From IMG/VR virus record IMGVR_UViG_3300022562_002256, positions 134,046 through 198,045 of that record: a DNA stretch of 64,000 nt. The stretch is one strand, 5' to 3'. Of this stretch, positions 8,268-18,478 are shown in pieces (position 1 is the stretch's first letter; each line of letters begins with the position of its first letter). The notes beneath the pieces are model-generated. The model was not told the origin of the DNA. It saw nothing but the letters and a program-made list of their open reading frames with translations, and searched no databases. This DNA is from a virus. A program made the position numbers and the translations under genes.

Positions 8268-9485
8268 TCAGGGAGCGTCCCCGCGGAAATAGGACGCCTC
8301 GATGCGGGCGGGCCGCTCGCTTGGTGACGACGGGCGGCGGCCCGCCCTGTCGTCGCGCGGGGGGATGAGCCCGTGGAGTTGCGACTCGTCGGCAACCAAA
8401 TCCCGCCGCCCCTCCATGAGGGCACGCATCCCAGCCGCGGGCACCCTCCGCAAGCGCGACTCCAGGCGACGTCGCGCCGCCGCAAGGATGCGCCGCACAT
8501 CCGCGTCCGAAAGCCACGCCGACGCCGCGTTAATGGCCTCAGCCGCATCGAGCAACGCCTCACGCCGGGCCGCCACCACACCGACACGTCGCACGCGCAC
8601 GTCGGTCGGGCGCACATCGACCCCGCCTACCCACGCCCGATACATCAACACTCGCTCGGCCATAGGGACATCAGCGCCAGCGAGCGCTGACACTTCCGCC
8701 GGCGACAGGTCCGCCGCCCCTACCCCCCGCTCAGCGTCTACCCCCCGTTCGACCGTAGCAAGGCCCTTGACACCAAACTGCGCCGCCCTGGTCTCGCGAC
8801 ATTCGATCTCCCCCCATCGCGCCCGCGTCCGGCCCCGTGTCTCCGCCGCCCGGTCGAATGAAACCGCTCCCGCACCAAGCGGGCAGCGGGCCGCCGACGC
8901 CGCTGCCAACACGTGCTGCGCCGACCGGAACGGCGCGCGCGGGGTAGTCGTCTGGCGTTGCCGGATCCGTCGATCGCACGGGTCACCACTCAGAAGCGCC
9001 GCAACCGCAGGGTCATGCGCCCAGGGGGCCAGTGCCGCCACGATCGCCTCCCAGCCGCCACTGAGCAACGGGCGGAGGTCGTTGTTCTCGAGCGCGCGGA
9101 ACGAAAGCGACACCATGCGCCGCACCTCGTCAGGGGATGTCCGCGGTGGCCGGATGAACCGCCACCGCTCGTACGCCTCCAACAGGAGGGGGCAGTCGCG
9201 CTTTTCGTCGCGGAGGTTGTGCTCCGTCGCCCCGTAGGGCATGCACACGCGCCGCGTAGATGGCTTTCCGTATGCCGGTCGGCCCTGTGGGTAGTCGGCG
9301 ACGTGGCGGCCCCGTGTGGGGGCGCTGTGTGCCACGGCGAGGCGTTCCGCCAGCGGGCGCTCGACCACATCACCCCACGGCGAGGTCGGATCCGCCGGGT
9401 CCAGACGCCGGACGCTCAATGTCGCTCGAGAACGGGGTGGCGGAGTATGTTCGCTCGGGATCTGTTGCACCTGGGGGGCTGCCAT
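8268..9485 (-). CDS. hypothetical protein (405 aa)
   Basis: long ORF with GGAG RBS in a co-oriented gene run; no recognised family. Confidence 0.6.
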   Translation of the reverse strand: MAAPQVQQIPSEHTPPPRSRATLSVRRLDPADPTSPWGDVVERPLAERLAVAHSAPTRGRHVADYPQGRPAYGKPSTRRVCMPYGATEHNLRDEKRDCPLLLEAYERWRFIRPPRTSPDEVRRMVSLSFRALENNDLRPLLSGGWEAIVAALAPWAHDPAVAALLSGDPCDRRIRQRQTTTPRAPFRSAQHVLAAASAARCPLGAGAVSFDRAAETRGRTRARWGEIECRETRAAQFGVKGLATVERGVDAERGVGAADLSPAEVSALAGADVPMAERVLMYRAWVGGVDVRPTDVRVRRVGVVAARREALLDAAEAINAASAWLSDADVRRILAAARRRLESRLRRVPAAGMRALMEGRRDLVADESQLHGLIPPRDDRAGRRPSSPSERPARIEASYFRGDAP

Positions 9486-9518
9486 GCTCTCCTGTCTAGC
9501 ACGGCCCCGGCATCTCGG

Positions 9519-10004
9519 CTAAGAGACATCGGCTTGCTCGCAGCAGCGAAGCAACTCGGAGGTCAACAATCCACACGCCGCCGCGACCCGTCCCAACACA
9601 ACGAGCGACGGCACCCGCTCGTCACTTTCCATCAAGGATATGTAGGGGCTGGTTACGCCGACAGCCCGGGCGAGCGCCTTCTGGCTCAACCGCGCACTGA
9701 CACGCGCGCGCCGCAGTCCTTTCCCACAGCGCAGACGGGCGTCAGCCTTTTCCGCCCTGGCGGCGTCATGCCTTATGGTGGCAGACTGATGCCTGTTCGC
9801 GAGGGATCGCAGGTCCCGTGCCAGGTTGGGGAACTCGCGTTCACAAGCGTCCGCATACGCCAGCGCCGCCGGAACCGCATACGGGTCGTGGGCCCAATCG
9901 AGCACAAAGTACTCGCAACCCTCGTGCTTCGCCCCGGGCGCAGAACCGCCATCCGTGCGCTCCACCGTGAACTTCCTGTACACCCCTTCGCTTTTCTCAC
10001 TCAT
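9519..10004 (-). CDS. phage conserved N-terminal domain fused to XRE-family HTH
   Basis: GVYRKFTVERTDG..PG.KHEGCEYFVLD..HDPYA..A..AYA (common phage domain) plus LRRARVSARLSQKALARAVGVTSPYISLMESDERVPS (XRE). Confidence 0.75.
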   Translation of the reverse strand: MSEKSEGVYRKFTVERTDGGSAPGAKHEGCEYFVLDWAHDPYAVPAALAYADACEREFPNLARDLRSLANRHQSATIRHDAARAEKADARLRCGKGLRRARVSARLSQKALARAVGVTSPYISLMESDERVPSLVVLGRVAAACGLLTSELLRCCEQADVS

Positions 10005-10025
10005 CGCCAACTCCTTGATACCCTT

Positions 10026-10634
10026 TCACCGCCCCACCAACATAGCCCCCGGCAAGAGCCCCAAGCCCCGGGCAAGAGCAGCACAGAAACGCAGCTTTTC
10101 TTCAGCGCACCACCATCGCACGTAGTACGTGACGTCGACCATCTCACACCCCACGTCGACTACGTGGTCGACGCACCACCCCGTCGGTGCGAGTAGCGCA
10201 CACAGTTCGGCATTGGCGGGGGGCGGGTCGCTGAACTGCCGCAACCACAGCATGCGCGCTCGGTGCGCTGCAATCACCTCGGCGGGGAGAGGGGTGCGTA
10301 TGACGCTCTCCCCCCTGACCACAAGGCGCTCCCCCTCCCACCACCTATACCGCTCCCACGGCACGGTGTCATGCTCGATGAAGTGGGGCACGCAAGAGCA
10401 TGGGCGCTCCGTTGGGTGCGCATCGCTCATCGTCTCCACGATGGTTACCTGCTCGCTGTAGTCGGGCGAGAACCACCACCAATCGCCGGCAGGTTCAAGC
10501 CCCTCAAACGTGACGGGTGGGGGCGTCGCGCCCAACCCCACCGCAGCAAGTGGCACCCGCACGGCGAGGTGGGCGTGCCGGTGCTTGCTGCGCACCCCAC
10601 GCATGAGACGCTTCCGTACCGTTCTAGCGTTCAC
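10026..10634 (-). CDS. hypothetical protein
   Basis: ORF in co-oriented operon. Confidence 0.5.
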   Translation of the reverse strand: MNARTVRKRLMRGVRSKHRHAHLAVRVPLAAVGLGATPPPVTFEGLEPAGDWWWFSPDYSEQVTIVETMSDAHPTERPCSCVPHFIEHDTVPWERYRWWEGERLVVRGESVIRTPLPAEVIAAHRARMLWLRQFSDPPPANAELCALLAPTGWCVDHVVDVGCEMVDVTYYVRWWCAEEKLRFCAALARGLGLLPGAMLVGR

Positions 10635-11139
10635 TTAGCCCCCACCTTGCGCGCCAACCACGCGCGCGCCTCCGGGCTCGCGGGCTCGACGTACACCAAT
10701 GCGAGACCGTACCACCAACCGGTGTCGGCATCGCACGTGGTGCGACGCACGCACTTGACCACGAGCCACTCCCCCGCCCACTCTCCCGGCGCAGGTCTCC
10801 CCGCTCCATGGAATAGGAGTAGAGCGCGCTAGCGCGAGGGTCATCGATGTCGACTTGACATGCCCACCGCGCCGGATGGCGCCGCGGGTCGTCGGGGTAC
10901 AAGCGAAGGCTGCACGCCGCGATCTCGCCCAGCATGAGGGCGCGCCACCCCTCGATCGGTGTCGCATCGGGCGGGGCGTGGAGGTAGCACACCTTCGCAC
11001 CGTCGGGGCGCACGTACACCGCCACCCGGCTGTAGTAGCCACACTCGACGCAGCACGTGTGCTGCGTCGAGTAGCGCAGCAAGCGCCCACCCCCGCAGGT
11101 CGTGAAGGTGCACCCGCTGCACAGCGGTGGTAAAATCAA
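10624..11139 (-). CDS. Cys-rich hypothetical protein
   Basis: TTGA-type overlap with upstream gene; several CxxC. Confidence 0.4.
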   Translation of the reverse strand: MILPPLCSGCTFTTCGGGRLLRYSTQHTCCVECGYYSRVAVYVRPDGAKVCYLHAPPDATPIEGWRALMLGEIAACSLRLYPDDPRRHPARWACQVDIDDPRASALYSYSMERGDLRRESGRGSGSWSSACVAPRAMPTPVGGTVSHWCTSSPRARRRARGWRARWGLSER

Positions 11140-11864
11140 TGCCTTTCATCGCGCCCAAGCCAGTCCGGCATATCGCACACTTCAACGCCGTCGAGCAGAC
11201 AGCCGGAGCGCGCGCGCCCGAGCGCGTAGTAAGTCCGGTTCTCGCACATCAGCCGTGTCGCACCGGCGCGCCACGCCGGATCGCGCATATCGACTTGTGA
11301 CCAGCAAAGCCACTCCCCCCACCCCGCGAAGATCACGGGCACCTGAGCATCGCGGCACTGGTTGACCACCTCGCGCACGTGCTCGGGGCGCAGCCAGTCG
11401 TCGAAGCCGGCGACGACCACGATGTCCGGGCGCACACGTCGCACACGTCGCACACTGCCCTCGGACACCCACTCCATTGTTCTCCGGTCGATGTGCCCCA
11501 TCTCATAGAAAACGCGGCGTAGATCAATCGAGTCCATCGGCTCGACCAGAAGGCCGTGACGGGCGGCTTGCACCGCGAGCAGCCGCGAGAGGTCGGCCAA
11601 GTCCTCTTGGCGCCGCACATGACGCGCGGGGATGATTTCCCCACCCGCCTCGACGAGAAGTCCACCCACCTCCTTCGGATCCCATTCGCCGGCGCAGATG
11701 AAGGTCGAGCCCCGCCCCGCCGCCTCCGCAATTGTTCGACCACCCGGCCAAGTCGGCCCCGAGTCAAACAACCCCGGCGAGCACACCACAAGGGTGGCAT
11801 CCGGAATCGGCTCACCGGTGTTCCACCGCCACACGCCCACTGTGCGCCGCGCATGCTCAACCAT
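11136..11864 (-). CDS. degenerate DUF5131 (Gp37/Gp68-like) protein, copy 1
   Basis: LLVEPMDSIDL, DIVVVAG, EHVREVVNQCRDAQVPVIFAGWGEW, SGCLLDG....MP resemble DUF5131 C-terminal motifs; no radical-SAM Cys triad. Confidence 0.65.
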   Translation of the reverse strand: MVEHARRTVGVWRWNTGEPIPDATLVVCSPGLFDSGPTWPGGRTIAEAAGRGSTFICAGEWDPKEVGGLLVEAGGEIIPARHVRRQEDLADLSRLLAVQAARHGLLVEPMDSIDLRRVFYEMGHIDRRTMEWVSEGSVRRVRRVRPDIVVVAGFDDWLRPEHVREVVNQCRDAQVPVIFAGWGEWLCWSQVDMRDPAWRAGATRLMCENRTYYALGRARSGCLLDGVEVCDMPDWLGRDERH

Positions 11865-12414
11865 CGACGACCTCGTCGTCGTCGCCCGCGGCGACCCGCA
11901 TGCTGGCTTCTCGGCATTGCTTTACAACGTCGGCCACGTGTTCTGGGTTGAGCGGGCCCCAAAATCCGCTCACAACCACGAAGTCCACCACGTCCGCGGG
12001 CGAACACCACGGGCCGTATCTGTGTTCGGGCTTGGATGGGGCGTACTTGCACAACACAGGGTGCACGTTCAGCCCCTCGACCGGGTCGACCACAATCGCA
12101 CGCTGGCGAGATCGCACCGCGAGGAGATCGGGCAGTCGCGCAAGGTCCGAGAACCACCTGAGGTACAGCGCCGGAATCATCCAGCTTGGCAAGTTGACGT
12201 TGTCAGCACACACGAACGTTTGTAGCGGCGCAGATGTAGGCACCACGAACGCCGCCCGCCGCTTCTCGCCATGGTCACGCATGGCGAAGTATTGGCCGTA
12301 GTCGCACCGGGCTAGCATCTCCGGCGCGCACACGACGACATCTGCGTCCGGAATCGGCTCGTGACGGTCCCACCGCCACGCACGGGGCCTGTCACGTGGT
12401 GCGTGCTTGATCAC
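11857..12414 (-). CDS. degenerate, C-terminally truncated DUF5131-like protein, copy 2
   Basis: WRW...EPIPDA.VVVCAP shared with copy 1; VVDPVEGLNV, DFVVVSG, EHVADVVKQCREA. Confidence 0.55.
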   Translation of the reverse strand: MIKHAPRDRPRAWRWDRHEPIPDADVVVCAPEMLARCDYGQYFAMRDHGEKRRAAFVVPTSAPLQTFVCADNVNLPSWMIPALYLRWFSDLARLPDLLAVRSRQRAIVVDPVEGLNVHPVLCKYAPSKPEHRYGPWCSPADVVDFVVVSGFWGPLNPEHVADVVKQCREASMRVAAGDDDEVVDG

Positions 12415-12896
12415 GGCGCACCTCCGAATATCCACGGAACGGCGGCAATGGCATCCTCGGCGTCACGAATCCCATCCCGGTAGCGTCGCAGGCTCTCTCG
12501 CTCATACTCGAGAGCCTGCTCGGCCTCATGGACACGACTTTCCACGTCCTCGGCACTCCGCCTCAGCCCGGAGAGACACCGCATTGCAAGATGCGCCGCC
12601 GCAATCCTAACACCAAGATCGATGTCGGTCTCCGTGGCCGTACGGATCCTGCATGGGACGGCGGTACCCTTCGCCTCGCGCGGGACACCGATCTCCGCGT
12701 GGGGTGGGTTGAGCCGCCAGCGCCGCCGTCCCATGTCATTCGGCCCTTTTTGGTCGTACGGGGTCTCGGTGATGTAATCACGCGAGCTCCCGCGGACCAC
12801 TTTCGCCACAGCGACCACCTTGCCGTCAGCGATGCGCTCGATCGCTACGTGGTCGCCTACCTTGAACGCCCCCCCTTGCTCAGCGCCGCTCGTCAT
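12411..12896 (-). CDS. hypothetical protein (SH3-like N-terminus, coiled-coil C-terminus)
   Basis: GGAGG RBS; FKVGDHVAI start. Confidence 0.55.
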   Translation of the reverse strand: MTSGAEQGGAFKVGDHVAIERIADGKVVAVAKVVRGSSRDYITETPYDQKGPNDMGRRRWRLNPPHAEIGVPREAKGTAVPCRIRTATETDIDLGVRIAAAHLAMRCLSGLRRSAEDVESRVHEAEQALEYERESLRRYRDGIRDAEDAIAAVPWIFGGAP

Positions 12897-13356
12897 CGTC
12901 CGCCTCCAACCATCGTGTTGTTGCCTCGGCCATGAGTGCTGCGAACACGTCGGCCGGCAATCGCTCTCGTGCCACGTCCACGAAAAGTCGCTCCTTCTCC
13001 CGGTGGACCGCGCGCGCCTCCACAGCCGCCGTCCGCTTGAATTGGGCGAGGATGCCGTGCGCCGCCGCAACTTCGCGCTTACGCTGGTCCCTCAGCGCCA
13101 AGAGCGCGTTGTACTCGTCTCGAGGCATGTACTCCCCCGTCCGCGCCGCGCGCGCTTGCGCCTCCCGGATGCGGCCCGCCAGAAGCGAGCACTCGGCCTC
13201 AAGCCGGTCTTTTAGGGCCCGTGCTTCTTCGTGGGTGGCTGGAGGCCGTGCTGACTCCGTGGAGAGTGCCTGTGGGGCGCCCAGCGCAACAGGCACGGCA
13301 TCGCGATCCGCACGTGCGCGCCACCACACCTCAATGCCGACGCCCGGGGGCGCCAT
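12880..13356 (-). CDS. coiled-coil hypothetical protein
   Basis: TGATG coupling; helical, charged composition. Confidence 0.55.
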   Translation of the reverse strand: MAPPGVGIEVWWRARADRDAVPVALGAPQALSTESARPPATHEEARALKDRLEAECSLLAGRIREAQARAARTGEYMPRDEYNALLALRDQRKREVAAAHGILAQFKRTAAVEARAVHREKERLFVDVARERLPADVFAALMAEATTRWLEADDDERR

Positions 13357-13568
13357 CACGGCGTCACCCAGCACGTCGGCCGACCAACAAGCGAGCACTC
13401 GATCGCCTGTAAAGGGTTCGGCGGCACGCTCAACGTGCAGTGCGCGACCACATCGGACGACGCATGACATCGCACACGGGGCTCGCGCAGACCAAGGTCG
13501 ACAGCCCACGCCGTGCCGATCACTGGGCCATCCAGCACCCCCGCCACCAACCGTGCCATCACCGTCAT
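13356..13568 (-). CDS. hypothetical protein
   Basis: ATGA coupling and GGAG RBS. Confidence 0.45.
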   Translation of the reverse strand: MTVMARLVAGVLDGPVIGTAWAVDLGLREPRVRCHASSDVVAHCTLSVPPNPLQAIECSLVGRPTCWVTP

Positions 13569-13921
13569 GGCTCCTCTGGTGGCAATTCCCGTGCCACCCA
13601 CCGTGCGAAGTCGCCGAGCAGCTTGGGTAGCTCGCTGAGCCGCCCCTCCTCACGCAGGATGGTCGTCAAAAACCAACTCGACGGGCCACCATTAATCGAC
13701 GCCACCCATCGGATCATGGCGTCACGGGTCTCAAACGGGTTCGCGCGGTGCGCCGCCGGGCGCAGGAGCAACTGTCGAGTTTCAACCAGGTTGTACATCG
13801 CCAGTTCCTGGGCGAACGGTGGCCCCCACATCTCCGGCGCGCGCTCATAGTTCTCGATCCATGCGCTCACCCGGGTGAGCGCGGCGTCGAACCCTTCAGC
13901 CTTTTTGGCGTCACTGGTCAT
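13565..13921 (-). CDS. hypothetical protein
   Basis: ATGA coupling in operon. Confidence 0.6.
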   Translation of the reverse strand: MTSDAKKAEGFDAALTRVSAWIENYERAPEMWGPPFAQELAMYNLVETRQLLLRPAAHRANPFETRDAMIRWVASINGGPSSWFLTTILREEGRLSELPKLLGDFARWVARELPPEEP

Positions 13922-14469
13922 TGCTCGCCTCGTAGGCGGCACATCTCGGCGTATAACCTCTCACCGGTGCCGCTGGCCTTTTCCTCGACGTACAACGCCT
14001 CCAACTCGCCCCACGCCCCGACGAGTGGCCCCCACCCCGGGTAGCGAGCCATCTCCCCGATGCGCGCGCGCCACTCCGGGAATTTGGCCAGCAGCCTGTG
14101 GCACCGGCCGAAGTCGGCCGGGTCAAGTGGCGGACTCGGCCCCCACGTCGACTCGGCCGCCATGCCCTGCATGTGACGCCAGATGGCCACCGACGAGATC
14201 CCCGTGTCTCCCGACCGAATCCACTGCTCGGGCGTGGTGACGTTCAGTTCGACGCATCGGTCGTAGGTGTGCCCCAACCGCAGGCACGTCGAGCACCTCA
14301 CGTCGGGCGGCTCGCGACAGTCCGCGTGCTCATCCGCGAACGCCTTCAGTGAGGCGAGGTAGATTGACATCGGCACGGGCATGGAGATCGCGTACGACTC
14401 CCCGCAATGATTGCACTGGAGTCGCCCGAGGTCGCCAGCTACCACGTGGCTGCGCTGTGTCTTTTCCAT
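13918..14469 (-). CDS. conserved phage protein with N-terminal Zn-ribbon
   Basis: W..SGDTGISS.AI...M....P.DPADFGRC.RLL..FPEWR.R..EM is a recurrent phage motif; GGAGG RBS. Confidence 0.7.
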   Translation of the reverse strand: MEKTQRSHVVAGDLGRLQCNHCGESYAISMPVPMSIYLASLKAFADEHADCREPPDVRCSTCLRLGHTYDRCVELNVTTPEQWIRSGDTGISSVAIWRHMQGMAAESTWGPSPPLDPADFGRCHRLLAKFPEWRARIGEMARYPGWGPLVGAWGELEALYVEEKASGTGERLYAEMCRLRGEQ

Positions 14470-14858
14470 AACCTCCTAATAACGCCTTGGTCACCCCTAG
14501 GTGACCAAGGATTCCGGTCGCACATCGCGTGGTGCCGCTTCGTGCCACGTCCCCGGCACTTTCGGCACAGGTTGTGGCACTGCCTCGCCCGCGCTTGCCG
14601 CTCTTGGCCAAGCACCGTGGCCCGCGCCGCCGGGACCACCTCGACCCGGACGTCGGGGGGCAGCACAATCGCCGACGTGTCAGCGATGGCAGCGACGGTG
14701 TCCCACCACTCCGGCACGTTCGCCAACCGCGCGACGGTGATCATGCGGAGCGGATGTCGCCGACGCTCGGCGTAGCAGAGGCGCACATACTCCCGCTGCT
14801 CGCGGCTCCATGGCACCGGCCACGCCAGCCACGGGTCGGCAATGCACGCGGTGTCCAT
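14439..14858 (-). CDS. hypothetical protein
   Basis: TGATG coupling; C-terminal CxxxCxxC. Confidence 0.45.
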   Translation of the reverse strand: MDTACIADPWLAWPVPWSREQREYVRLCYAERRRHPLRMITVARLANVPEWWDTVAAIADTSAIVLPPDVRVEVVPAARATVLGQERQARARQCHNLCRKCRGRGTKRHHAMCDRNPWSPRGDQGVIRRLWKRHSAATW

Positions 14859-15493
14859 CACGTGGTGGCCACCACCACATCCGCCGTGTCTACTTCCCAG
14901 GAGCGAATCGGGTCGCGCCACCCGCGGACGTGCTCATCCATCCATGCCTCGACATCCTTCTCGAGCGACCGAAGGCGTTCGTCGCGCACCGGCCAATCGA
15001 GTTGCCCGACGGGAAGACGGGGAGACTGGTAGACCACGGCACCCGCAGTATCGCTCGATGCATCCAGCACCTCAACATAATCGGCCGGATAGGGGGCGGC
15101 GGCGTCGCCGTGCCGCCATCGCAGCACAAACCGCGGCACGAAGCTCATGCGCGCCCGGCGGTCGCAAACCGCGGCGTTGTAAAAGATCCGCGCGCGCTGT
15201 CGGCCCCGCTCATCGCGCAACTCCGACAACATCGGGTGGGTGGTCGGAGCCTTCGACCACCCTGTCGGGAGTTTTACGTTGACGAACAAGGGATCACCCG
15301 CCACCGGACCCTCGATCACCCCTCCCAGCGCCGTGAACAGCTCCGCGCCACGCTCGCCCATGTCCGACGGGAGCGATGTGCTTTCCGCCAGTTCGCGCTG
15401 TCCTCGCGCCTCTTGGGCCTCGATGCCGCCAGGCGTATCCGCTGTGATGATTTTGACCGCCATCGGAAGCCTCGTCGTGTTCGTGATGCTCAT
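14858..15493 (-). CDS. conserved phage protein
   Basis: IEAQEARGQREL..S..LP, DPLF..V.LP.GW.K..T.H.M.S.L.DE.GR.RA.IFY. Confidence 0.7.
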   Translation of the reverse strand: MSITNTTRLPMAVKIITADTPGGIEAQEARGQRELAESTSLPSDMGERGAELFTALGGVIEGPVAGDPLFVNVKLPTGWSKAPTTHPMLSELRDERGRQRARIFYNAAVCDRRARMSFVPRFVLRWRHGDAAAPYPADYVEVLDASSDTAGAVVYQSPRLPVGQLDWPVRDERLRSLEKDVEAWMDEHVRGWRDPIRSWEVDTADVVVATT

Positions 15494-15738
15494 GCTCGTT
15501 CTCGCCCTTCCTTAACCGCCCGCTCCAACGGACCCGGTTCTCGCTCCTCTGTCGACGGTTGTGCCGAATACAGTGTCACCGTCAGCCCGCCGACCGAAAT
15601 GGTCACCGTCTTGCTCGCGGCGGAGTCGGCTACCATCGCTGCCACTGCGCGTGCCCGCGGGGCCACCCATCGGCGCGCGCTCATGCCGACGGTGTGCACA
15701 TCACGTGCCAAGCCCCGCGCTACATCACCAATCTTCAC
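15490..15738 (-). CDS. hypothetical protein
   Basis: GGAGG RBS, ATGA coupling downstream. Confidence 0.45.
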   Translation of the reverse strand: MKIGDVARGLARDVHTVGMSARRWVAPRARAVAAMVADSAASKTVTISVGGLTVTLYSAQPSTEEREPGPLERAVKEGRERA

Positions 15739-16048
15739 AGATGTCCTCCAACACGTCCGCCGCGACCGAACGGATCGTTTCGCTCGGATCGTTCGACGCG
15801 CACCTTCGTATGCGCTCGATGACATCATCACTGGGGTGTCGCGCCAGCCCATACAGCGCCCCCTCCCTGACCATCGATGACTCGTGGTCGAGCAACGGGA
15901 TAAGCGCGGATGTCACGCGTTCGGCGTCGAGCGTCAGGATGTACCCAGCGTGCTCGGCGGCAAACGTGAGGTCGTACGGCGCCAACCCGCCACCCCTGAT
16001 CGAGCCAAGGAGAGCCTCCGGCTCATGGCGTGCCTGCCAGATGAACAT
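15725..16048 (-). CDS. HEAT-repeat protein
   Basis: LIPLLDHESSMVREGALYGLA...DPSETIRSVAADVL. Confidence 0.7.
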   Translation of the reverse strand: MFIWQARHEPEALLGSIRGGGLAPYDLTFAAEHAGYILTLDAERVTSALIPLLDHESSMVREGALYGLARHPSDDVIERIRRCASNDPSETIRSVAADVLEDICEDW

Positions 16049-16095
16049 AGCCTCACACGAGCTCGACCACGTAGGCCGGGCGACGTCATCCGCTC

Positions 16096-16620
16096 TCACC
16101 GATGCCTCCCCGTGACCGGCACGCCGTAGCGCCTGCACATCGCTACGAACTGCTCCCGCAACTCTGGCAACTCGGCGCGCGGGTAGGTTGGCGCATCGCG
16201 CCTCAGCTCCGGAACCGCCTTGCACGCGATGCGCTTCACGTCGGGCCCGAACAGGCACCGCCTCACCTCGAGCTCACGCGCCACGGCTGCAACAGCCGCC
16301 TCCAACGGAACCAGCAACCCCACCGCAGCCTGGCGCATGGTAAACACCGATCGGTCACAGAAACCATACCGCTTAAACGGTGCGGCGTCGTGCTCGTTGA
16401 CCCCCCTCGCGCCCTCCGCCACCGACCCCGCCCAGGCGATGATGCCGGCCACCAGCGGGTCCTCCTTGGCTCCACGACGCCGGGCGGTGCCACAGCATCC
16501 ACGCCCCTGTTTATCGCTCACGACAACACCTCCGACCACGATGCCACACGCGAGGGCGGCCACCGCGTGCCCTGCCTCATGCCGCGCGATCGACGCCAAT
16601 CCGGGCTTCTTACGTGCCAT
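16096..16620 (-). CDS. HEXXH zinc metallopeptidase domain (M41/FtsH-like, standalone)
   Basis: ARHEAGHAVAA and downstream AG..AE motif. Confidence 0.7.
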   Translation of the reverse strand: MARKKPGLASIARHEAGHAVAALACGIVVGGVVVSDKQGRGCCGTARRRGAKEDPLVAGIIAWAGSVAEGARGVNEHDAAPFKRYGFCDRSVFTMRQAAVGLLVPLEAAVAAVARELEVRRCLFGPDVKRIACKAVPELRRDAPTYPRAELPELREQFVAMCRRYGVPVTGRHR

Positions 16621-16652
16621 GTGTGGCACCATAACCACGGCCGAGCCGCGTG

Positions 16653-16934
16653 TCAGCCGTACACCGGCCGCATCTGCTCGTCGAACCTCGGCGGCTTCCC
16701 CTTGAGGGCTTCACGCACCTGCCGAGCCGACCACTGGTCAGGCATGACATCCCATTCGCACAGCACCAACATGCGGTTGATCTGCAGCAGTTGCGCCGCC
16801 GTGAAGCGATCATTGAACGACTCGGCGGTGGCGTCCATGTTGGAGCGCAACAGGCGGATTTCCTCCGCCCCCGTGAGCACCTCGCCGTCCACAACCAACC
16901 TGCCCCGTTCGACTCTGTTCTTGGCCTTGTCCAT
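16653..16934 (-). CDS. hypothetical protein
   Basis: ATG 16 nt after sigma54 -12 element. Confidence 0.6.
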   Translation of the reverse strand: MDKAKNRVERGRLVVDGEVLTGAEEIRLLRSNMDATAESFNDRFTAAQLLQINRMLVLCEWDVMPDQWSARQVREALKGKPPRFDEQMRPVYG

Positions 16935-16948
16935 GATCGCACTCAGCT

Positions 16949-16964
16949 TGCACGATCCATGCCA
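16949..16964 (-). promoter_or_regulatory. sigma54-type promoter motif
   Basis: TGGCATGGATCGTGCA, identical to 40984-40999. Confidence 0.7.
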
Positions 16965-17476
16965 CATGGCGACGTCACTCCTGGTCAGTCGCTGGCTCCG
17001 GCACCACGTCGATCCGTACCCGCTCGATCCGTGCCGCGCCCCCGGTCCACCTCGACCTGCGACCCGTAGGTGAAGCACATCACCCCATTATTTCTCTCCG
17101 GTGCCCGTGCTTGCGTGGCGTCCCACCCCCGCGAGGGTGGCCATCGGCGTTGCCTCGCCTTGCGTGTTTCGATGCGCCGGAGTGCTCCACGCACCCACGC
17201 CCATGCGAGGCGCCACCATGGCGCCGGCGGGGCGCTGCTGGCGACCCACGGTAGGGCGACCCGCTCACAACGTCTCAGCCCTTAACGAGTCAGCCCTCTC
17301 ACTCGCTCAGGCCACGATGCGTGCACGGGCACCCTTTCAAAATGGCGCCCACCATCCGGGCGAGGCCGCGCGGTCGTCGATCGACTCGTCCGACCACGGC
17401 GCGGGCGTGTTCAGTATTGACTGTGGCTTGACGCGCGCGGCGCGGCGACCCACCTTCCCACCATGCGAGGTGCCCC

Positions 17477-18103
17477 TTGAAGCGTCGCTCCGCGCAACTC
17501 GCGATCGTCGACCTTGGCGCGCCGGCGCCGTCTACCTGCCGGCTGTGCGGGGCGCCAAACAAGCCCAGGTGTCCTTACTGCGAGAATGTTCTTCTGCGCC
17601 CCGGCTCTGCATCGTGGCGACGGTGGACGCGCGGGCTCATGGCGACCATGCAGAGCCGGCTGCGAGACGCCGGTCTCCACGGGCTCATCGCTGACACGGC
17701 GTCGGCTCTCTTCGCGGGGACGAGCGTTCCTGACGTTGCGATGCCACACATCAGCGACATCGCCGCGCAACCCATCTCCGTGCGGGCGTATTGGCTCCTG
17801 GTCGACCGGGCGGTGATGCGCAGTCACTTCCTGCGCATCGCATGGGACCGCGGTCTGCCGGGGGCCGAAGCCGAGGGGTGGGCGGAACGGCTCGCGGACA
17901 TGTGGACCGAAGAGCAGGCGAGGACCCGTGTGCGCGTGGAAGCGCCAGCGTTGCGGCTGCGTGTCGAAGTGCCGACGACGGGCGCGCGGGTGGTGCTCGA
18001 TGATGATCTGGCACGGGCGGAGGCAGAGCGGCTTGCGGCAGAAGAAGCCGACCACGCCGCGCGCGGCGTGGGGCAGTTGAGGGTCCTGACGCCGACCGCC
18101 TGA
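17477..18103 (+). CDS. hypothetical protein with Zn-ribbon
   Basis: CRLCGAP...CPYC; GAGG RBS. Confidence 0.55.
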   Translation: MKRRSAQLAIVDLGAPAPSTCRLCGAPNKPRCPYCENVLLRPGSASWRRWTRGLMATMQSRLRDAGLHGLIADTASALFAGTSVPDVAMPHISDIAAQPISVRAYWLLVDRAVMRSHFLRIAWDRGLPGAEAEGWAERLADMWTEEQARTRVRVEAPALRLRVEVPTTGARVVLDDDLARAEAERLAAEEADHAARGVGQLRVLTPTA

Positions 18104-18245
18104 CGGTGGTCACCGCGAGCGGATCACACGCCTGCGTGGGCGCGCCGCTGATCTTTTCAATTCGGCCAGAGCCCCTTCAAGGGCGCGGAGTCGTTCCTCG
18201 GCGCGATCGGCACGTTCCTCCGCCTTCTCGAGATCCTCGTCGGCC

Positions 18246-18449
18246 TCACGCAAACGCATCTCGGCCCGCCGCGCGAAATGCGCCGCGAGGACGCAGCCGC
18301 CGCTGGCCGTTCGGGCCGTCGAAACGGATCATCCGGTGGTTGGAAGCGGGGGTGGTGGTCCCGTCCGCGTTCTCGCGCGAGGGGACCACTACGGTGATCG
18401 CGGTGTTGTCGTGACGGCGATGAGGACGGCGAGGATTATTGGCGTTCAT
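18246..18449 (-). CDS. hypothetical protein
   Basis: ATG 15 nt after sigma54 -12 element. Confidence 0.5.
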   Translation of the reverse strand: MNANNPRRPHRRHDNTAITVVVPSRENADGTTTPASNHRMIRFDGPNGQRRLRPRGAFRAAGRDAFA

Positions 18450-18462
18450 GTCTAGACCATCT

Positions 18463-18478
18463 AGCACGTGCCGTGCCA
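18463..18478 (-). promoter_or_regulatory. sigma54-type promoter motif
   Basis: TGGCACGGCACGTGCT. Confidence 0.7.
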
